Origin: an uncultured delta proteobacterium
GTDB taxonomy: Bacteria; Desulfobacterota; Desulfuromonadia; Geobacterales; DSM-12255
Direction of reading: 5' to 3'
Length of the DNA: 64,000 nucleotides
NCBI GenBank assembly: GCA_963787125.1
Contig: CAWBBV010000011.1
Span: forward strand, 248,243 to 312,242
Position numbers and translations under genes: made by a program. Of this stretch, positions 59,474 through 64,000 are shown in pieces (position 1 is the stretch's first letter; each line of letters starts with the position of its first letter). The notes beneath the pieces were generated by a model. It was not told the origin of the DNA and did no database searches. It was given only the letters and a program-made list of their open reading frames with translations.

Positions 59474-59561
59474 ATTGGGTTTTAAAGGAGTTTTTATGGG
59501 TTTACCCACTGCGTGGCCGATTTATCCGCAAAACAGGAAGCTCCGGATGAGCAAAAATATA

Positions 59562-59616
59562 TTGACAGTGGTTCCGGGCTAAATTAAGCTTGCATACAAG
59601 TATATTGCATACAAGT
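59562..59616 (+). promoter_or_regulatory. Sigma70 promoter with overlapping tandem MarR-type operator
   Basis: TTGACA-17nt-TAAGCT; TTGCATACAAGT repeated at 59590 and 59605. Confidence 0.7.
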
Positions 59617-59633
59617 TTATTAGGGGTAAACCA

Positions 59634-60050
59634 ATGCAACAGTTCGAATGCATCTTTTTCAAATTCGCCAAAGCCAACCAGCTTGCCGGGAAGTTCCTCG
59701 GCCAGAAAGTGGCGGAGTTTAACGTTACCCCGGTTCAGGCGCTGATCCTGGCAATCCTTACCAAAGAAGACCGGATCACCTCGGTCGAACTCGGCAAGCG
59801 TGCCGAACTGGACAGTGCGACCTTGACCGGAATTCTGGACCGACTGGAGTCAGGGCAGTACCTGAGCCGCCAGAGTAATACTGAAGACCGACGCTCAATC
59901 CGGATTCACCTTACCGATAGCGGCAAAGCTACCGGCAAACAGATAAGTAAAACCATCGTCGCGGCGAACCGGGAATTTCTGGCACGGCTCTCAGCAGAAG
60001 AAAAAAGTGCACTGCACAGCATCATTAACAAGCTGCGGGACACGGTTTAA
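59634..60050 (+). CDS. MarR-family transcriptional regulator
   Basis: VTPVQALIL, LDSATLTGILDRLE and EDRRSIRIHLTDSG motifs. Confidence 0.95.
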   Translation: MQQFECIFFKFAKANQLAGKFLGQKVAEFNVTPVQALILAILTKEDRITSVELGKRAELDSATLTGILDRLESGQYLSRQSNTEDRRSIRIHLTDSGKATGKQISKTIVAANREFLARLSAEEKSALHSIINKLRDTV

Positions 60051-60061
60051 GGGAGAGAATA

Positions 60062-62299
60062 ATGGGAACTGTACATAAAACAGGCTGTGTCCTCTGCGCC
60101 CAGAACTGCGGGCTGGAAGTAGAGGTTGAAAACAACCGGATCATTAAAGTGAGCGGCGACAGTAGCAATCTGAAAAGCAACGGCTACCTCTGCCGCAAGG
60201 GGATGAACATCGCCTATCACCAGCATAACGCCGATCGTCTCAAACAGCCGCTGAAAAAGGTCGATGGCAAGTTCATCCGCATCAGCTGGGATGAGGCAAT
60301 TTCAGAGATCGCGGCAAAGCTGGGCGCTATTGTCGAGCAACATGGCCCCCGCGCCCTCGCCTTCATGGGTGGCGGCGGCCAGGGGAGTCACTGTGAAGCG
60401 GCCTTTGGTCTGCGCCTTTTGAAAGGGCTCGGTTCCAGTTATCACTACAGCGCCCTGGCGCAGGAATTTTCCGGCGCTTTCTGGGTGGATGGCCGCACCT
60501 TTGGCCGCCAGAACCTGCGGGTCGAACCTGATCTGGAAGAGACTGATCTACTGCTGGTCTTCGGCTGGAACGGCATGCAGAGCCACCAGGTGCCCCAAGC
60601 GCCGGTTCAGCTGCAACGCCTGGCAAAAGATCCGCACAAGCAGCTGATTGTCATCGATCCGCGCCGCTCGGAGACCGCCCGGATTGCCGATATCCATCTG
60701 CCGATCAGACCGGGAACCGACGCGCTCCTTCTGCGGGCAATGATAGCGATAATTCTGGAAAACGGCTGGGAGAACCGCGCATATCTGGAGAGCAGCACCT
60801 CAGGCATGGCGGAGATAAGGGAGCTGTTCAGCGGTTTCGACGCCCGGGCTGCCATCAGCGTCTGTGAACTTGATTATGCACGGGTAGTGGAGGTCTCCCG
60901 CCTCTTTGCCACGAAAAGATCATCCCTGCGCAACGATCTCGGCATCTTCATGAATCGGCACAGCGCCCCCGCTTCGTACCTGCTGACCATTCTGCTGGCG
61001 ATCTGCGGCAGGATCGGTGTCCGGGGTGGCAACGTCTTTCACGGCAACCTCATGCCGATCGGCAGCCACTCCGACGAGCGCCACCCCAAAACCTGGCGCA
61101 CCGTCGCGACTGACATCCACCCGGTGCTGGGGACCTTCCCGCCAAATGTCATGCCGGAAGAGATCAGCTCCGAGCACCCGGAGCGGCTGCGCGCAGTGAT
61201 CGTTTCCGGTGCGAACCCGCTTCGCTCCTATGCCGACACCAGCGCCTTTGAAGAGGCCTTCGCCAAACTCGACCTGCTGGTGACAGCGGATCTGGTCATG
61301 TCGGAAACAGCCGCCGCCTCCCACTATGTCCTCCCGGTAAAATCAGGCTTTGAGGCCTGGGACGGCACCTTCTTTCCGACAACCTTTCCCGGCATCCACT
61401 TTCAACTCCGCCCGCCAATCATCGCCACCGAAGGTGAGGCGCTGGAGTCGGGGGAGATCTATCTCCGCCTGGCAGACAAACTCGGTCTTATTCCCGCTAT
61501 CCCGGAAAAACTCTATCTGGCGGCGGCACAGGGCAATACCCCGTTCGCCATGGCTCTCATGGAGTACGCCATGGCCGAACCGGCAGCAGTGAAACAGATG
61601 CCGTTTATCCTTGGCAAAACCCTGGGCAAGGCCATGGGCTCTGTTCACAAGGCGCTGATCTGGGGATTATTGCAGACCGGGCCGAAGAGCTTTCGCAAGA
61701 ACGCTGTTCGGGCCGGTTTTGCTGATGGTTTTGACCTGGGGGAACGGGTGTTTCAGAAAATCATCGCTAATCCGCAAGGCTGCTGGGTCGGCGCCGTCGC
61801 TCCCGAGGAGAACCTGCAAACCATCCGGACGGACGATGGCAAAATCAACCTCCATATTCCGGAGCTGCTGGAAGAGATCAGACTTATCGACGCCCCCCAT
61901 GAGCAGGCGGCGCTGACACCTGACCCGCACTTCCCGCTGGTGCTGATGGCCGGACGGCACACCGCCATGAATGCCAACACCCTCATGCGCAACCCGGCCT
62001 GGAACGACGGCAAGAGAGCCTGCACCCTGGCCATGCACCCGGATGACGCCACAGCGATGGAGCTGCACGACGGCGAGACGGTCAGAATATTCACCGCGGC
62101 AGGAACCGAGGAGATCGAACTGGAGATAACCGCCAGCGCCCGCAAGGGACATGTGGCGATCCCCCACGGCTTTGGCCTCGTGTATGACGGCAAGCAGTTT
62201 GGGGTGAATATCAACCGGCTGACCAAAAACAGTCACCGGGATCGCTTTGGCACGCCGCTGCACCGCTATGTGCCGTGCCGGGTGGAGAAATTGTTGTAG
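60062..62299 (+). CDS. Molybdopterin (bis-MGD) oxidoreductase with 4Fe-4S domain, substrate unknown
   Basis: CVLCAQNC...YLCRKG, IDPRRSETA, IRPGTD, SETAAASHYVLP and MHPDDA motifs; no Tat signal. Confidence 0.9.
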   Translation: MGTVHKTGCVLCAQNCGLEVEVENNRIIKVSGDSSNLKSNGYLCRKGMNIAYHQHNADRLKQPLKKVDGKFIRISWDEAISEIAAKLGAIVEQHGPRALAFMGGGGQGSHCEAAFGLRLLKGLGSSYHYSALAQEFSGAFWVDGRTFGRQNLRVEPDLEETDLLLVFGWNGMQSHQVPQAPVQLQRLAKDPHKQLIVIDPRRSETARIADIHLPIRPGTDALLLRAMIAIILENGWENRAYLESSTSGMAEIRELFSGFDARAAISVCELDYARVVEVSRLFATKRSSLRNDLGIFMNRHSAPASYLLTILLAICGRIGVRGGNVFHGNLMPIGSHSDERHPKTWRTVATDIHPVLGTFPPNVMPEEISSEHPERLRAVIVSGANPLRSYADTSAFEEAFAKLDLLVTADLVMSETAAASHYVLPVKSGFEAWDGTFFPTTFPGIHFQLRPPIIATEGEALESGEIYLRLADKLGLIPAIPEKLYLAAAQGNTPFAMALMEYAMAEPAAVKQMPFILGKTLGKAMGSVHKALIWGLLQTGPKSFRKNAVRAGFADGFDLGERVFQKIIANPQGCWVGAVAPEENLQTIRTDDGKINLHIPELLEEIRLIDAPHEQAALTPDPHFPLVLMAGRHTAMNANTLMRNPAWNDGKRACTLAMHPDDATAMELHDGETVRIFTAAGTEEIELEITASARKGHVAIPHGFGLVYDGKQFGVNINRLTKNSHRDRFGTPLHRYVPCRVEKLL

Positions 62300-62332
62300 C
62301 CGTTTCTGCTGATTTTTTTTTAGCAGCGTCTT

Positions 62333-62372
62333 ACAGCAAAAGGCGGCCCAGCGGTCGCCTTTTGCTGTTTTT
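62333..62372 (+). terminator. Intrinsic terminator
   Basis: ACAGCAAAAGGCGGCC...GGTCGCCTTTTGCTGT-TTTT between convergent genes. Confidence 0.78.
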
Positions 62373-62432
62373 AAAGCAGGTTCAGGTTTACAGGTATCTG
62401 CTGCAGCCACAGCAACGACAGTTTACGGGCGG

Positions 62433-62924
62433 CTATTCTCTCACAAAGATATCCATATCGGACTCGTGTACCATTCCCATGATACGCGCATATTCCGCTT
62501 CAATAAGCAGATAGTGGTTATGGGTTTCCTGCACATTCAGCTCATAGACAGCACGCACTTCAGGGTCGGTCATCTTTGTGGCCATATCCCGCAGCGCCTC
62601 TTCAAGGTTTTTCTCTTTTTCCAAAGCTATTTCAAGCGCCTTCTGCTCACTCAAGTCCGCACCACACAAGCTTTTAGCTGTGACAATCCAGCTGGTTTCA
62701 TTGTCCGGGGGGCTTTCAAGAAAAGCTTCAAGAGAAGGGATGTCATCGCCTTTATAGATCCGGTAAAAATGACCGGCATGCTCCCGCTCCTCTTTGGACA
62801 ACAGCTCAAAGGTCCGTTTGGCTGCGGCATCCTTGAACTGCTGGGCGCCGTACTGATAAAAGAGCATGGCATTCTTTTCCGTCTGAAGCGAGCGCTTGAT
62901 CGCTTCCTGAACATTTTCACTCAT
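62433..62924 (-). CDS. Rubrerythrin/ferritin-like diiron protein
   Basis: E...FY...EEREH and ALEKE...QETHNH paired motifs. Confidence 0.85.
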   Translation of the reverse strand: MSENVQEAIKRSLQTEKNAMLFYQYGAQQFKDAAAKRTFELLSKEEREHAGHFYRIYKGDDIPSLEAFLESPPDNETSWIVTAKSLCGADLSEQKALEIALEKEKNLEEALRDMATKMTDPEVRAVYELNVQETHNHYLLIEAEYARIMGMVHESDMDIFVRE

Positions 62925-63148
62925 TGTTGTCTCCTTTTTCCGTGTTTTATTTTTCGAGCCGACTCACCTGCTGTACCCGCTTGTGACGGATAATTACCAG
63001 CGGTCATGTAAACGACGGCAGATCTCATTAGTAAAGTATACCAAAAACCTCAGAGAGTGCCACTCTATTTCATTATCCGGGTGTATTCGGACATTAAGGC
63101 CGTAGATACAAATATGAAAGAAAAGAGCTCGATTGTGGCGAGTGAAAT

Positions 63149-63274
63149 TCAAAGGATCTTGACCAAGTGCTTCTCCCGCTCAGTAAGCGGTACAGGGAGA
63201 CATTCATCGAGATGGGGAAACAGGCTTTGCTGTACTGTCCCCATAAGCCATGATATTCTTTCCTTGAGCTTCAT
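63149..63274 (-). pseudogene. Probable transposase N-terminal relic (41 codons)
   Basis: AGGAGG RBS, then MKLKERISWLMGTVQQSLFPHLDECLPVPLTEREKHLVKIL*. Resembles IS5/IS1182-like transposase N-termini (from memory). Confidence 0.5.
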
Positions 63275-63680
63275 CGGTATCCTCCTGTTATTGTTTGTCT
63301 CGCAAACCAATAATATCAGACAGTTACCTTTGAAGCTCGACTTTTATTCAGAATTGTTGGCGTATTCAGTTTATTACATACACTTTTGCAAGAGGCTCAA
63401 TACGTTTCGATATTCCGGCAGTTGGAGTTGTTCTGAAAAAGCTGTTGGAATCTGGCAGGCAATTGATACTGTTGGTGATTATAAATACTACAATGGTGGT
63501 AATAATTCTGACAAGTGTACCTGTATCACTTCCGGCGGATCACCTATGGTATTTAGCCCAAAACCAAAGTCGTAGTCCGCAAAATTGATCTCATGCTCTC
63601 GTTACCGGTTAATTGAGCACCTGGAGGCTCACTGAGTGACGGGAGAATTAACGTTGTTTGCTAATTAACTATTGACATAA

Positions 63681-63944
63681 TTAGTTGAATAGTGAGCAAT
63701 GTCCCCCAAGCTTTCCCATAAAGGAAGACAATGGCGTTGAAGTTGGCATTAACAGGAGGTGGAAGTGATTGGATAGCAGCGCCCATGCATAACAGCGGAC
63801 AGCGTTTTCGGAGAGCAGTTTCGCGAAACGATCAATAAAGAGTTGCCGGTCATGATCATCGTTGAAAATATCGCACCGCTCGATACCACGAACGATAACG
63901 TGTTGGAGGAGACCGGCAATGTCAAGACGGGCTAAACGTGACAT
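63681..63944 (-). pseudogene. Truncated RAYT/IS200-like (Y1 HUH) transposase
   Basis: MSRLARLD, HVIVRGIER, YAWALLSNHFHLL (HUH); ends after 87 aa, before the catalytic Tyr region. Confidence 0.8.
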
Positions 63945-64000
63945 GGGCAAAATGTACCATCTTGGCAAACAGTGTAAATAGCAAAATAACAAGCAGCGTT

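Noticed and set aside
369..62410. Long antisense or alternate-frame ORFs (e.g. 369-1328, 41955-42839, 48987-50105, 53246-54010, 55139-55825, 61667-62410)
   Set aside because: They shadow well-supported genes, lack motifs and are expected from codon bias in GC-rich coding DNA.
63057..63575. 172-aa ORF on the + strand
   Set aside because: No RBS or recognisable motif, and it overlaps a better-supported minus-strand transposase stub.

Overview
Bacterial chromosome segment whose gene content points to a Geobacteraceae/Desulfuromonadales-type deltaproteobacterium (inferred, not searched). All family calls come from reading motifs; no database search was run. Most of it is housekeeping: the start of the dcw cluster (mraZ-rsmH-ftsL-ftsI-murE-murF-mraY-murD), mltD, ispE-tRNA-Gln-prs-rplY-pth-ychF, RNase P RNA, tRNA-Ile2, priA, prmA-rsmE, rnd, mqnE-mqnC, sucCD, maeB and dctA. 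The standout is an accessory block at about 30.2-42.0 kb. It holds a CARF (NE0113-like) gene with no cas genes nearby, an AbrB/VapC toxin-antitoxin pair and a tightly coupled four-gene operon: TIR-STAND NTPase-TPR-SEC-C, SLOG plus two SLATT-like membrane modules, DUF4145/HEPN-like plus DUF4071/TPR-S, and a DUF3232-like protein. After these come traT, a 1.8 kb IS with an 8-bp target duplication and an orphan gene. The operon looks like a candidate nucleotide-signalling anti-phage system pairing an NLR/Avs-like sensor with Thoeris-like TIR-to-SLOG signalling. Other points: single-base frameshifts in ispE and prs (probably sequencing errors, a caution for all indel-level claims), two genes with no ATG/GTG/TTG start where one is expected, a candidate sRNA, several operator-like repeats and two transposase relics at the right end.
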